In this document: one piece after another, positions 22,612 to 34,919 of the stretch | How the letters are laid out: each line of letters opens with the position of its first letter | How positions within the stretch are numbered: the first letter of the stretch is position 1 | Notes under the pieces: model-generated | Databases searched by the model: none | The model's input: only the letters and a program-made list of their open reading frames with translations | Told to the model about the DNA's origin: nothing | NCBI GenBank assembly: GCA_022561775.1 | Contig: JADFQO010000010.1 | Coordinates: 2,029-66,028 of the forward strand | From: Myxococcales bacterium | GTDB lineage: Bacteria > Myxococcota_A > UBA9160 > SMWR01 | Length of the DNA stretch: 64,000 nucleotides | Direction of reading: 5' to 3' | Program-made: the position numbers and the translations under genes

Positions 22612-23808
22612 ATGCCCGACTCCGCGCGGCTCGTCCTTTCGGATGGGACCGTGTTTCGCGGCTACGCGTTCGGTGCGCGCGGTGTGGGTGCGGGAGAAGT
22701 CGTCTTCAACACCAGTATCGCGGGCTACCAGGAAATCCTCTCGGATCCCTCCTACGCGGGCCAGATCGTCGTGATGACCTACACGCAGATCGGAAACGTC
22801 GGCACGAATCCCGAAGACGACGAGGCGATTCGACCGTTCCTTCGGGGTTTCGTGGTCAAGGAGGTCTTCGAGCCGAGCAACTGGCGCTCGCGGGAAAGTC
22901 TCGACTCCTACCTGAAGCGACATGGCGTGCCCGGCATTTCGGGGATCGACACCCGAGCGCTGGTACGGCGGATTCGCGATGGCGGCGCGCAGGTCGGCTT
23001 GCTGAGCACGGACCCCGAGCCAGCCGAAGCGGAGTTGGTGGCGCGCGCGAAAAAGGAGCCCGGCCTCGACGGACGCGACCTCGTCGCAGACGTCACCTGT
23101 AGCGAGCCCTACACGTGGACCGAAAGCCTGTGGCGGGGCGTGTCCGGGCAGCTGCCCCGTGCGGCTCGGCCGAGCCCCGTCTATCGGGTAGTCGCATACG
23201 ACTTCGGAGTGAAGCGCAACATCCTCCGACAACTCGTCGCGCACGGCTTCGACGTCACGGTCGTTCCGGCTCGGACTTCGTGGCGAGAAGCGTTGGCCTA
23301 CGAGCCCGACGCGATCTTCCTCTCCAACGGACCGGGTGACCCCGCCGCGGTCGCCGGCGTGCAGGACACGGTGCGCGAACTCGCGGCCCGCAAGCCACTG
23401 TTCGGGATCTGCCTCGGCCATCAAATACTCGGCCTCGCGCTCGGCGGCAAGACGATCAAGTTGAAATTTGGCCATCACGGCGGCAACCAACCCGGTCAGG
23501 ATCTCTCGACCGGCAAGGTCGCGATCTGTGCCGAGAACCACGGTTACGCGGTGGACGCGGATTCGCTCCGCAAAGCGGGAGAACCCGTCGAGATCACCCA
23601 CGTCAACCTGAACGACGGCACCGTCGAGGGACTCGCGCACACCGAGAGGCCGCTCTTTTCGGTGCAATACCACCCGGAAGCTTCACCGGGACCCCACGAT
23701 GCAGGCTACCTCTTCGGTCGATTTCGGGAGATGGTGGCGCGCCACAAGGCTGGCGAAACGGTGACCGGCGCTGCGGTCGCGAGTGGGCACCCGGCGCCTG
23801 TAACCTGA
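22612..23808 (+). CDS. carA: Carbamoyl-phosphate synthase small (glutaminase) subunit
   Basis: From ATG 22612. GICLGHQ catalytic Cys and the C-terminal QYHPE block. Confidence 0.95.
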   Translation: MPDSARLVLSDGTVFRGYAFGARGVGAGEVVFNTSIAGYQEILSDPSYAGQIVVMTYTQIGNVGTNPEDDEAIRPFLRGFVVKEVFEPSNWRSRESLDSYLKRHGVPGISGIDTRALVRRIRDGGAQVGLLSTDPEPAEAELVARAKKEPGLDGRDLVADVTCSEPYTWTESLWRGVSGQLPRAARPSPVYRVVAYDFGVKRNILRQLVAHGFDVTVVPARTSWREALAYEPDAIFLSNGPGDPAAVAGVQDTVRELAARKPLFGICLGHQILGLALGGKTIKLKFGHHGGNQPGQDLSTGKVAICAENHGYAVDADSLRKAGEPVEITHVNLNDGTVEGLAHTERPLFSVQYHPEASPGPHDAGYLFGRFREMVARHKAGETVTGAAVASGHPAPVT

Positions 23809-23824
23809 CGCTGAGGACCGCGCC

Positions 23825-27043
<3,219 letters not shown>

Positions 27044-27069
27044 CCTGAGCGCCGGACGGCGATCTCCGC

Positions 27070-29541
27070 ATGGGGCGATCCGCTCCGACGGCGATGCGCG
27101 TCGTCCGCTACCTTGGCTCGAGCGCTTGCGAGGTACCCGAGGTGGGCGACAGTCCGTTCCAATCTATGATCGCCGCGGTCTTGCGGCCGCTGGATTTCGC
27201 CGCCCGGGATGACTTTGCGAAGCTCGACCGGGTCCGCGACCTCGAGCGGACGGTTTCGTCCGCGGCCGAGCGCGCGGCCGCGCTCGCGATCCCGCGCGAT
27301 GCGAAGGATGCCCTGGCGCGGATCGCGAAGTCGTTCTCGGCTACCGCCGAGGACGATCTCGCCGCGCGCATGCGCGAGGCGATCTTGGCGCTGCGCCCGC
27401 TCGCCGAACCGGAATGGTCTGAGCGGCAGCTCGCGAGTTCGACCGCGATCCTGTCCGGCGTCGGGCCGAAGCGCGCCGACAGTCTCGCACGGCGCGCCCT
27501 GGGTTCGGTTGCGGATCTGCTGTTCCACCTTCCAGTGCGCTACGACGACCGGCGCAGCCTGCAGTCGGTCGGGAGTCTCGAAGTGGGCATCCGCGCGACG
27601 TTCGTGGCGCGCGTGCTCGGCTGCGCGTTCTCCACGCGGCGTGGGCGCTTTCGCGGGCGTGTCTTCGAGGCGCTCGTCGGTGACGATACCGGAACCGTCA
27701 CGCTGAAGTGGTTTCGCAGCGGGGATTCGATCTCCAGACAAGTGCGCAAGGACGCGCTGTTGTTGATCACGGGCGACGTGAAGCGCTACCGCTTCGACAA
27801 AGAGCTCGCACACCCCGAGATCTCCGTACTCGCCGACGCGTCGAGCGAAGCCGCAGCCATCGGCGACGTGCGCAGCGTGACGCCCGAATACGCGACGCCC
27901 GAGGGCATCCATCCGCGCGGACTTCGGCGCGTGATCGCGTCCGCGGTCGAGCGCTATTCGGATCTGGTTCCGGGCCATCTGCCCGCCGATCTCGTCGCGA
28001 AGCTCGGCCTGCCCGAGCCCGGAGAGGCGCTGCGCGACCTCCACGCCCCCTCGATCGAGGTCGATGCGGCCGAACTCGCCGCGGGCGCAACGCCGGCGCG
28101 CGTGCGCCTGGTGCTCGAGGAACTCTACCTGCTCGAACTCGGTCTGGCGTTGCGCCGCGCACAGCGGGCCGCGGAACCCGGAACGCCGATCGCCTGCAAA
28201 CAGCGCACCGCGATCGCCGCGCGCGCACTGCCGTTCGCGCTGACGGGCGCGCAGGAGCGCGCGCTCGCCGAGATCCTCGCGGACCTCGCGCGCGCGCATC
28301 CGATGAACCGCCTGCTCGAGGGGGACGTCGGTTGTGGAAAGACGGTCGTCGCGTATCTCGCCGCGGTGGCGGTCGCCGAGAGCGGTTACCAGAGCGCGCT
28401 GATGGCGCCGACCGAATTGCTCGCCGAGCAACACGAAGCGACGCTGTGCGCACTCGCGCGGGCGGCGGGCGACGCGGGGGGATTGCGGATCGCGCGCCTC
28501 ACGGCTTCGGTACCCGGCGACGAAGCCGCGCGGATCCGCCGCGCGCTCGCCGCGGGCGAGATCGACCTCGTGGTCGGAACCCACGCGTTGCTCCAGGAGA
28601 GTGTCGATTTCCGCGCGCTCGCGTTCGCGGTGATCGACGAACAGCACCGCTTTGGCGTTGCGCAGCGCGCAGCGCTCGCCGCGAAGGCCGCGCACGGAAA
28701 CGCGCCCGATACGCTCGTGATGACCGCCACGCCGATCCCGCGCACGCTTGCGCTGACCCTCTACGGCGACCTCGACCTCTCGGTGATCGACGAGTTGCCG
28801 CCGGGACGCGCGAAGACCAAGACCGTCCTGCTGCGCGCGGGCGAGGGCCAGCAGGTGGTCGAGCTGCTGCGCGAGGCCACCGCCCGCGGTGAGCAGGTCT
28901 ACGTCGTGTACCCGCTCGTCGCGGAGAGCGAAAAGATCGACCTGCGCGCAGCCAGCGAGTCGGCCGAGAAGATTCGCGCGGCGTTTCCGCGGCTCACGGT
29001 GGACCTCGTGCACGGCCAACTCGACGCGGCCGCGCGCAACGTCGCGATGGCGCGCTTCGCTTCGGGTAAAACCCAGGTGCTCGTCTCGACGACGGTGATC
29101 GAGGTCGGCGTCGACGTTTCGAACGCGACCTTGATGATCGTCGAACACGCGGAGCGCTTCGGTCTTGCGCAGCTCCACCAGCTGCGGGGCAGGGTGGGGC
29201 GCGGTCGCGCCCCGGGAACCTGCGTGCTCGTCGCGCGCGGCTCCTCCGAGGACAGCGAAGCGCGGCTGCGCGCGCTGCTCGAGACCACCGATGGCTTCGC
29301 GATCGCCGAGGCGGACCTCGCGATCCGCGGGCCGGGCGAATTCCTCGGCACCCGCCAGCACGGCATCCTCCCCGATCTGCGCATCGCGGACCTGACGCGC
29401 GACGTCCGCCAGATCGCGGTCGCGCGCGAGGCCGCGTTGCAAACCGTCCGACGCGACCCCCAGCTGCGCTCGAACCCCGAGCTCGCGCGTGCCGTCCAGT
29501 CCCGCTGGGGAGACCGCCTAGCTCTCGTCGACGTCGGTTGA
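27070..29541 (+). CDS. recG: ATP-dependent DNA helicase RecG
   Basis: Wedge region LFHLPVRYDDR, Walker A GDVGCGKT, DEQHRFG, and the TPIPRTLA and QLHQLRGRVGRG motifs. About 100-aa N-terminal extension; the start is uncertain (27070 or ATG 27166). Confidence 0.9.
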   Translation: MGRSAPTAMRVVRYLGSSACEVPEVGDSPFQSMIAAVLRPLDFAARDDFAKLDRVRDLERTVSSAAERAAALAIPRDAKDALARIAKSFSATAEDDLAARMREAILALRPLAEPEWSERQLASSTAILSGVGPKRADSLARRALGSVADLLFHLPVRYDDRRSLQSVGSLEVGIRATFVARVLGCAFSTRRGRFRGRVFEALVGDDTGTVTLKWFRSGDSISRQVRKDALLLITGDVKRYRFDKELAHPEISVLADASSEAAAIGDVRSVTPEYATPEGIHPRGLRRVIASAVERYSDLVPGHLPADLVAKLGLPEPGEALRDLHAPSIEVDAAELAAGATPARVRLVLEELYLLELGLALRRAQRAAEPGTPIACKQRTAIAARALPFALTGAQERALAEILADLARAHPMNRLLEGDVGCGKTVVAYLAAVAVAESGYQSALMAPTELLAEQHEATLCALARAAGDAGGLRIARLTASVPGDEAARIRRALAAGEIDLVVGTHALLQESVDFRALAFAVIDEQHRFGVAQRAALAAKAAHGNAPDTLVMTATPIPRTLALTLYGDLDLSVIDELPPGRAKTKTVLLRAGEGQQVVELLREATARGEQVYVVYPLVAESEKIDLRAASESAEKIRAAFPRLTVDLVHGQLDAAARNVAMARFASGKTQVLVSTTVIEVGVDVSNATLMIVEHAERFGLAQLHQLRGRVGRGRAPGTCVLVARGSSEDSEARLRALLETTDGFAIAEADLAIRGPGEFLGTRQHGILPDLRIADLTRDVRQIAVAREAALQTVRRDPQLRSNPELARAVQSRWGDRLALVDVG

Positions 29542-29543
29542 GC

Positions 29544-29621
29544 GCGAGGACGGAACGCGGCGACGGAACGCGGGGACAGAGCGCGGGGACGGAGCGCGGG
29601 GACGGAACGCGAGGACGGAGT
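29544..29621. repeat. Six tandem copies of a 13-bp unit (GCGRGGACGGARC)
   Basis: gcgaggacggaac / gcggcgacggaac / gcggggacagagc / gcggggacggagc / gcggggacggaac / gcgaggacggagt. They sit directly after the recG stop. The unit length is not a multiple of 3. Confidence 0.9.
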
Positions 29622-29648
29622 TGAATAATTGAGTCGGGTGTTTGATAT
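29621..29648 (+). promoter_or_regulatory. Candidate promoter TTGAAT-N16-TGATAT for the S9 peptidase gene
   Basis: Low-GC patch immediately downstream of the 13-bp repeat array. The hexamers are at 29621-29626 and 29643-29648. Confidence 0.35.
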
Positions 29649-29734
29649 GCTACTTGCGCGTCATTTTAACAAGCATCGGTAATCGCGAGGGAGCCGAAGT
29701 GGCCTTCCGCAGCGCGATGTCGGTTCAGTGCGCG

Positions 29735-31681
29735 ATGAAGCGGGTTGCACGGAAATCGGATGCGCTGATTTCGGGTGCGCTCGTTTGGGGTGCACTGCTG
29801 TGCTTGGTCGCGCCGGGCGCGACTGCCGCGTCGCCCGATCCTCTGGCCGTCTCGTTCGGCACGATGCCTGCGCTCTGGGATGTCCGGATCTCGCCGGATG
29901 GCGCAAAGGTGTCGTTCCTGCAGATGCACCCCGAAGATCTTCCGATTCTCAGGATTTTCGATCTAACCACCGGCAAGGTCAATATCGCGATGGTGAGCAC
30001 GAAGGATGAATTCGACATCCAATGGTGCGATTGGGCGAACAACGAGCGTCTGTTGTGCGGGTTTCGGGCGATCACGAGAGGGTGGGACACCTATTCGGTC
30101 ACGCGCCTCGTCGCCGTCAACGCGGACGGCTCGGAGTTGAAGGTGCTGTTGCAGCGCAAGCTGAAGGGCCAGTTCGCCCAGTTCCAGGATCGAGTCGTCG
30201 ATTGGTTGGTGGACGACCCCAAACGGGTACTGGTCGTGATGCCGAACAACAAAGGGGCAACCCTGAATCCGCTCGACATCTATTCGGGAGGTACGGGCAG
30301 CGCGATCCACAAACGGTCGGGCTATGTGTACTGGATTTCCGATGGCCGCGGGTCGCCACGTCTGTATCGTTACATGAGCAAGGATCAGATCCGCTGGCAT
30401 TATCGGCTTTCCGGCGAGAGCAAATGGCGCAGGCTCCACAAGTCCAAGATGACCGATCTGGATGATGACTATTACCCAATCGGTTTTGGTGAGGACCCCG
30501 ATCGGCTGCTCGTGCTCAAGCCGCACGAGGGGCGCCTGGCGCTGTGGTCGGAGGATCTGAAGGGAGAACAAGACGACGAAGTCGTCTTCTCGCATTCGGA
30601 AGTCGATGTCGACAGTCCCGAGTTCCTCGGAAAATTCAGACGGATCGTCGCGATCGGATATTCGACCGACCGACCGCACCTGCATTTCTTCGACCAGGCC
30701 GTGGAGAGAATCAGCGACCTTCTGACCTCGCACTTTTCGAACCAAACCGTCGGCGTGATCGATGAGAGCTGGGATCGCCGCTACTACATCGTGCACGTCG
30801 CAAGCGATCGGAACCCGGGAACCTTCTACCGCTTCGATGCCCCGCAAAACCAGTTGCTGCAGATCTCTCCCCAATATCCGCTGCTCGAGTCGCGACCGCT
30901 CGCCCCGATGAAGCCCATCCGCTACGCGGCACGGGACGGAACCGAGATTCCGGCCTATCTGACGCTGCCGGTCGGAGCCAAGGGCGCGTTGCCGACGGTG
31001 ATCCTGCCCCATGGCGGCCCGGAGAGCCGCGACTACTGGGAGTTCGACTGGCTCGCACAGTTCATGGCTGCGAAGGGTTTTGCCGTCTTGCAGAGCAACT
31101 ACCGGGGTTCCGGTGGCTACGGCAGCGATTGGGCCGGGGAGGGCGGGTTTCGCGCCTGGCGCACCGCGATCAACGACCTTACAGACGGCGCCCAGTACCT
31201 CGTCGATGAGGGCATCGCCGATGCCAAGCGGATCTGCGTGGTCGGTTGGAGCTACGGGGGCTATGCGGCGTTGATGAGCGGTGTCGAAGAGCCCGAACGC
31301 TACCGCTGTCTGGTCAGCATCGCGGGCGTGAGCGATCCGGGGATGCTGATCGCAGATTATCGGCATTTTCTGAACCGGAGAGCGATGCAGAAATTCATCG
31401 GCCGGGACGCCGAAGTGATCAAGCGCGGCTCGCCGTTGAAACGCGCTTCGGAGATCCGCGCTCCCGTACTCCTCTTCCACGGCGATCAGGACGTGAACGT
31501 CCCGATCGGCCACAGCAAGAAGATGGCCAAGGCGCTCAAGCGGGCCAAGAAGTCGGTGGAGTACATCGAGTACGAGGGCGTCGAGCATTCGATCCGCCGC
31601 AACGGCTATCGCGTGGACATGCTCGATCGCATCGGCTCGTTCCTCGACGCGCACATCGGCCAGCCGACGGCCGCCCCCTGA
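29735..31681 (+). CDS. Secreted prolyl oligopeptidase-family (S9) serine peptidase
   Basis: Signal peptide MKRVARKSDALISGALVWGALLCLVAPGATA from ATG 29735. Beta-propeller N-terminal half. Catalytic GWSYGGY, GDQDVNVP and GVEHS in the C-terminal alpha/beta-hydrolase domain. Confidence 0.85.
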   Translation: MKRVARKSDALISGALVWGALLCLVAPGATAASPDPLAVSFGTMPALWDVRISPDGAKVSFLQMHPEDLPILRIFDLTTGKVNIAMVSTKDEFDIQWCDWANNERLLCGFRAITRGWDTYSVTRLVAVNADGSELKVLLQRKLKGQFAQFQDRVVDWLVDDPKRVLVVMPNNKGATLNPLDIYSGGTGSAIHKRSGYVYWISDGRGSPRLYRYMSKDQIRWHYRLSGESKWRRLHKSKMTDLDDDYYPIGFGEDPDRLLVLKPHEGRLALWSEDLKGEQDDEVVFSHSEVDVDSPEFLGKFRRIVAIGYSTDRPHLHFFDQAVERISDLLTSHFSNQTVGVIDESWDRRYYIVHVASDRNPGTFYRFDAPQNQLLQISPQYPLLESRPLAPMKPIRYAARDGTEIPAYLTLPVGAKGALPTVILPHGGPESRDYWEFDWLAQFMAAKGFAVLQSNYRGSGGYGSDWAGEGGFRAWRTAINDLTDGAQYLVDEGIADAKRICVVGWSYGGYAALMSGVEEPERYRCLVSIAGVSDPGMLIADYRHFLNRRAMQKFIGRDAEVIKRGSPLKRASEIRAPVLLFHGDQDVNVPIGHSKKMAKALKRAKKSVEYIEYEGVEHSIRRNGYRVDMLDRIGSFLDAHIGQPTAAP

Positions 31682-31689
31682 ACCGCGCG

Positions 31690-31717
31690 CGGGGGCGTCG
31701 GTGAATATTTACCCCCG
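31690..31717 (+). terminator. Weak hairpin after the S9 peptidase gene
   Basis: cggggg-N16-cccccg stem followed by a pyrimidine-rich tail. No clean U-tract. Confidence 0.3.
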
Positions 31718-31800
31718 TCCCCTTCCGTGAGCGCAGCGCGCCGTCAACGGGTGCCGCCCCGGCTTCTGGAGAGCGCGGCGATCCAGCCCCGCGAGGTGAC

Positions 31801-31826
31801 GCACGCACGAACAGGCTCGTGCGTGC
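31801..31826 (-). terminator. Perfect 10-bp-stem hairpin downstream of the minus-strand lipoprotein gene
   Basis: gcacgcacga-acaggc-tcgtgcgtgc, 11 nt beyond the stop at 31837. There is no U-tract, so its function as an intrinsic terminator is uncertain. Confidence 0.4.
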
Positions 31827-31836
31827 GATCGCGTCG

Positions 31837-32523
31837 CTATCCCGAGCGGATCTCGCCGAGGTAGGCGGCGAGCTTGCTCGAGTCCATGAAGGTCTTCCAG
31901 CCACTGCTGCCCGCGTCGAGCACGCGACGCTCCCAGCTGGCGAGCCGGTTCCGGTAGACCTTCGGATCGGCGTTGTCCCGGCCGAGCCGCTTCACGTTCA
32001 TCGCGACGATGAAGATGCCGTCGAACTCGTCCTCGGACAGCGTGCGCTCGGTTCCGGGCGCGAGATCCTCCTCCATGTCGCTGAAGATCAGCATCACCTG
32101 ACTTCCGCTCGCGAGCTCTTTCAGATATTCACCGCCCAGCATCATGGCGCCCGGGATGTCGGTGTGGCTCGAACGCTTGCTGCGGCGCGCGAAGGCATCG
32201 AGCTTCTGGGCCAACGCGAACTTCTGCTGGTTGGCCCGCGAAGGTCTCGGGTCGAGCGTTACGAGTGTCTCGACGTTGTCCTTCTCGTAGCTCTCTCCAT
32301 CGATGCGGATCACGAGCAACGTGTCGCCGGGCTCCATCGAGGGCAACACCTCGCGCTTCAGGATCCGAACGACTTCGTGCTTCTGGTCCGCATAGGTGCC
32401 CGATTCGTCGATCAGCACGCAGATGGTCTGGTCGTAGCGAGCCTCGTCACCGCAGCCCGGCAGCCCCAACCCTGCGGCCAGCGCCGCAGCCGCGAGCAGT
32501 CTCGTCGTCAGTCTCGACCTCAT
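31837..32523 (-). CDS. Lipoprotein with vWA-like (MIDAS-like) domain, function unknown
   Basis: True start at ATG 32523 (MRSRLTTRLLAAAALAAGLGLPGC lipobox). ICVLIDESGT (DxSxT), TDIPGAMMLG and MLIFSDMEED match the beta-strand/MIDAS spacing of von Willebrand A domains. The upstream 92 codons of ORF 31837..32799 overlap the neighbouring gene. Confidence 0.6.
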   Translation of the reverse strand: MRSRLTTRLLAAAALAAGLGLPGCGDEARYDQTICVLIDESGTYADQKHEVVRILKREVLPSMEPGDTLLVIRIDGESYEKDNVETLVTLDPRPSRANQQKFALAQKLDAFARRSKRSSHTDIPGAMMLGGEYLKELASGSQVMLIFSDMEEDLAPGTERTLSEDEFDGIFIVAMNVKRLGRDNADPKVYRNRLASWERRVLDAGSSGWKTFMDSSKLAAYLGEIRSG

Positions 32524-33968
32524 ACTCTGCTCTCCGTCGGTGTGGGGGCTTGCTCGCGCTGGGCCTTGCGGCCTCCGTCGACCTGGCCGCCCCGAATCAT
32601 GGATTCGATCCGCAGCGGGATCGCGACGTAAACGTCGTAGAAGCTCTCGATCAAGCCCATGAGGTGGCGGGAGATGTGCGCGCCTGCTGCGCTGAGCATG
32701 GCGATGGCCCGCAGCAGGATCACGCCGATCGAACCCAGGACGTGGCGACCGCTGTCGAGCAGCATTTCGAGCGGCACCGCGACGAGCGCGATCACCCACG
32801 GCAGGATGAATCCCAGCACCGCCTGACCGATCACCGGAATCCTCGATTCACTGGCGGACTGGATCAGCCGGCCCTCGTCTCCCGCCAGTGAGAGCTTGAG
32901 GGCTGACTCGGCCTCGACGATCTGCTCGCGCAGGACCGCCAGCGAGCTCTCGACCGACGCGAGGAAGAAGAGCCCCACGAAGCCGAGCCCGAGGATCAGC
33001 CGCCGCCGCGACAGCGGCATCGTCGAGAGCTTCGGGAACAGATCGGTCACGCCGAGCAGGTCCATCAGGAAGATGCCGAGGGCCACCTCCATCAAGACCA
33101 GCACCAGCGCGGACACCGTCGACACCGGAACACCGCCGACGCGCGCACCGGCCGGGACCAGCTCGGACATCGGCAGCGCGATCAGCTGGAAGTTGATGAA
33201 CGCCGCTCCGAGTGCGATTCCGAGAACCAGGCACGATACGAAGAAGAGCTTGACCGCCGAATAGGTGAGCGCCCGAGCGGCCTCTTCCGAGCCCTGGCGG
33301 ATCTTCTCGTAGTCTTCCATGAAGGCGTTGATGCGCGTCGAGCTCTCGAGTGCGAGCGAGACCGAGCCCTGCATCTTGGAGAGCAGGCTCTTGACGTCTT
33401 TCCAGGTCGGCAGCATGGCGCCCAGCGTCTTGTGGCGCTTGGCCGAGTCCTCGCGGAAGGCCTGGAGCGCCTTCTTCTCCGCATCGTGCGAGGACTTCCG
33501 GATCCCCTCGAGCACCTTCTGGATGTTGGGATCGCCCGTCATCGGAATGTTGGCGATCGCCCCGATTGCGGCAGACCAGCCGGGAGCTTCGGGAGGCGCG
33601 ATGCCGCAGTGCTCGTAGTCGCCCTCCAACGCGGTCAGCGTATCGTCGAGCCGCCGATGGAGTGTGCCGTACTCGCCGAGACGCTTCGAAAAGCCGGTGT
33701 CGATGCGCTGAAGCTCTCGGTCGAGCCGTCCCTGTGCATCCCGCGTACCCGCGGCGAGAAGGACTTTCCGGCAGCGCTTGCGCAACTCGTCGGCAGCGCT
33801 AGTGCAGTTCCTGGCGACGGCTGCGAGGCCGTCGGCGAGACCGCCGCCCAGCCCGTGCAGCACCTTCAGCATGGGGGCGCGAGCAGCCCAGAAGAAGACC
33901 ACGCTCGCGACCCACAAAATGAACAACGAGGCCAGAGGATTCTCGGGCCACAGGTAGATCGACTCCAT
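32520..33968 (-). CDS. Polytopic membrane protein with ~215-aa helical soluble domain, function unknown
   Basis: ATG 33968 is preceded by GGGAGGA (ORF track TTG 33986). There is one N-terminal TM, a long charged/helical region, then about 5 further TM helices. The stop overlaps the start of the vWA-like lipoprotein gene (ATGA). Confidence 0.6.
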   Translation of the reverse strand: MESIYLWPENPLASLFILWVASVVFFWAARAPMLKVLHGLGGGLADGLAAVARNCTSAADELRKRCRKVLLAAGTRDAQGRLDRELQRIDTGFSKRLGEYGTLHRRLDDTLTALEGDYEHCGIAPPEAPGWSAAIGAIANIPMTGDPNIQKVLEGIRKSSHDAEKKALQAFREDSAKRHKTLGAMLPTWKDVKSLLSKMQGSVSLALESSTRINAFMEDYEKIRQGSEEAARALTYSAVKLFFVSCLVLGIALGAAFINFQLIALPMSELVPAGARVGGVPVSTVSALVLVLMEVALGIFLMDLLGVTDLFPKLSTMPLSRRRLILGLGFVGLFFLASVESSLAVLREQIVEAESALKLSLAGDEGRLIQSASESRIPVIGQAVLGFILPWVIALVAVPLEMLLDSGRHVLGSIGVILLRAIAMLSAAGAHISRHLMGLIESFYDVYVAIPLRIESMIRGGQVDGGRKAQREQAPTPTESRV

Positions 33969-34266
33969 GTCGGTTCCTCCCGTCAAATGGAAACCTACGC
34001 ATCGGTGCGACCAACTACATCGGTGCGGCCAAGCGGAGACCTAAGCATCGATCCGACGACGCGAGAAATTTATGATTCACGGTACGGCAGCAGATGTGCA
34101 ACGGCGTGGACGGGCACGCTCCGGCCGCCGCTGGAACGATGGCGCTTTGGACGGGCAGCTTGATCCGCAGCGGCGGGCGCGTGACAATGGCGCCGCAGCG
34201 GAGCCGGGCGGCGGAGGCAGGCGCCTCGCGGTCCGAGCGTGTATCGACAGACCTCAGGAGGTCGCG

Positions 34267-34815
34267 ATGAAGACCGACGAATGCGTGTTGTTCAGTGGCG
34301 CCGCGAACGGCGCCGAGTCTGAGTTCGGCGCGGCCGCGGAGCGGCGCGGTATCGACGAGGTCAACTTCACCTTCGAGGGGCACAACGACGCGCGCAGCCG
34401 TGGCATTCGCGTCCTGACCCACGAGGAGCTCAAGCACGGCGACGTGAGCCTCGCCTACGTGAGCAACCTGATGCACCGGCGCTATCCCGACACGCCATTG
34501 TTCAAGAAGGTGCTGCAGAGCATCTGGCACCAGGTCAACAGCGGCCAGGAGATCTACGTGATCGGCAAGATCCTCGACGACTGCACCGTCAAGGGCGGGA
34601 CGGGTTGGGGGGCCGAGTTCGCGAAGCTCTGCAACAAGCCGCTCTACGTGTTCGACCAGGACCAGAACGGCTGGTTTCACTGGACGGGCGAACGCTGGGA
34701 GTCGGATCCCGCGCCGGTGATCACCCATCCGCACTTCACGGGCACGGGCACCCGCTTCCTCGAAGCCAATGGTCGCGACGTGATCGAGGCGCTGTTCGAC
34801 CGGTCCTTTCAGTGA
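34267..34815 (+). CDS. Small Rossmann-like protein, possibly SLOG (DprA/LOG-like) superfamily
   Basis: ATG 34267 with AGGAGG 7 nt upstream. CVLFSGAANGAESEFGAAA resembles the DprA/LOG SG.A.G.D strand-loop-helix, and KGGTGWGAEFAKLCNKPLYVF resembles the LOG PGGxGTxxE motif. The family assignment is by eye only. Confidence 0.45.
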   Translation: MKTDECVLFSGAANGAESEFGAAAERRGIDEVNFTFEGHNDARSRGIRVLTHEELKHGDVSLAYVSNLMHRRYPDTPLFKKVLQSIWHQVNSGQEIYVIGKILDDCTVKGGTGWGAEFAKLCNKPLYVFDQDQNGWFHWTGERWESDPAPVITHPHFTGTGTRFLEANGRDVIEALFDRSFQ

Positions 34816-34919
34816 CGCCAGACGAGATCGACCGCCAGCGACGGCAGCGCGCCCCTCGAAGCATCGCCGCTGCGAGAAGTGCGCGCCCGTTCGCCGAGAG
34901 GCGCTCGGCTCGTTCGCGC

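Noticed and set aside
29544-29621. Possible CRISPR array
   Set aside because: The units are 13 bp and directly abutting, with no spacers. No cas genes are nearby. It is a simple tandem repeat.
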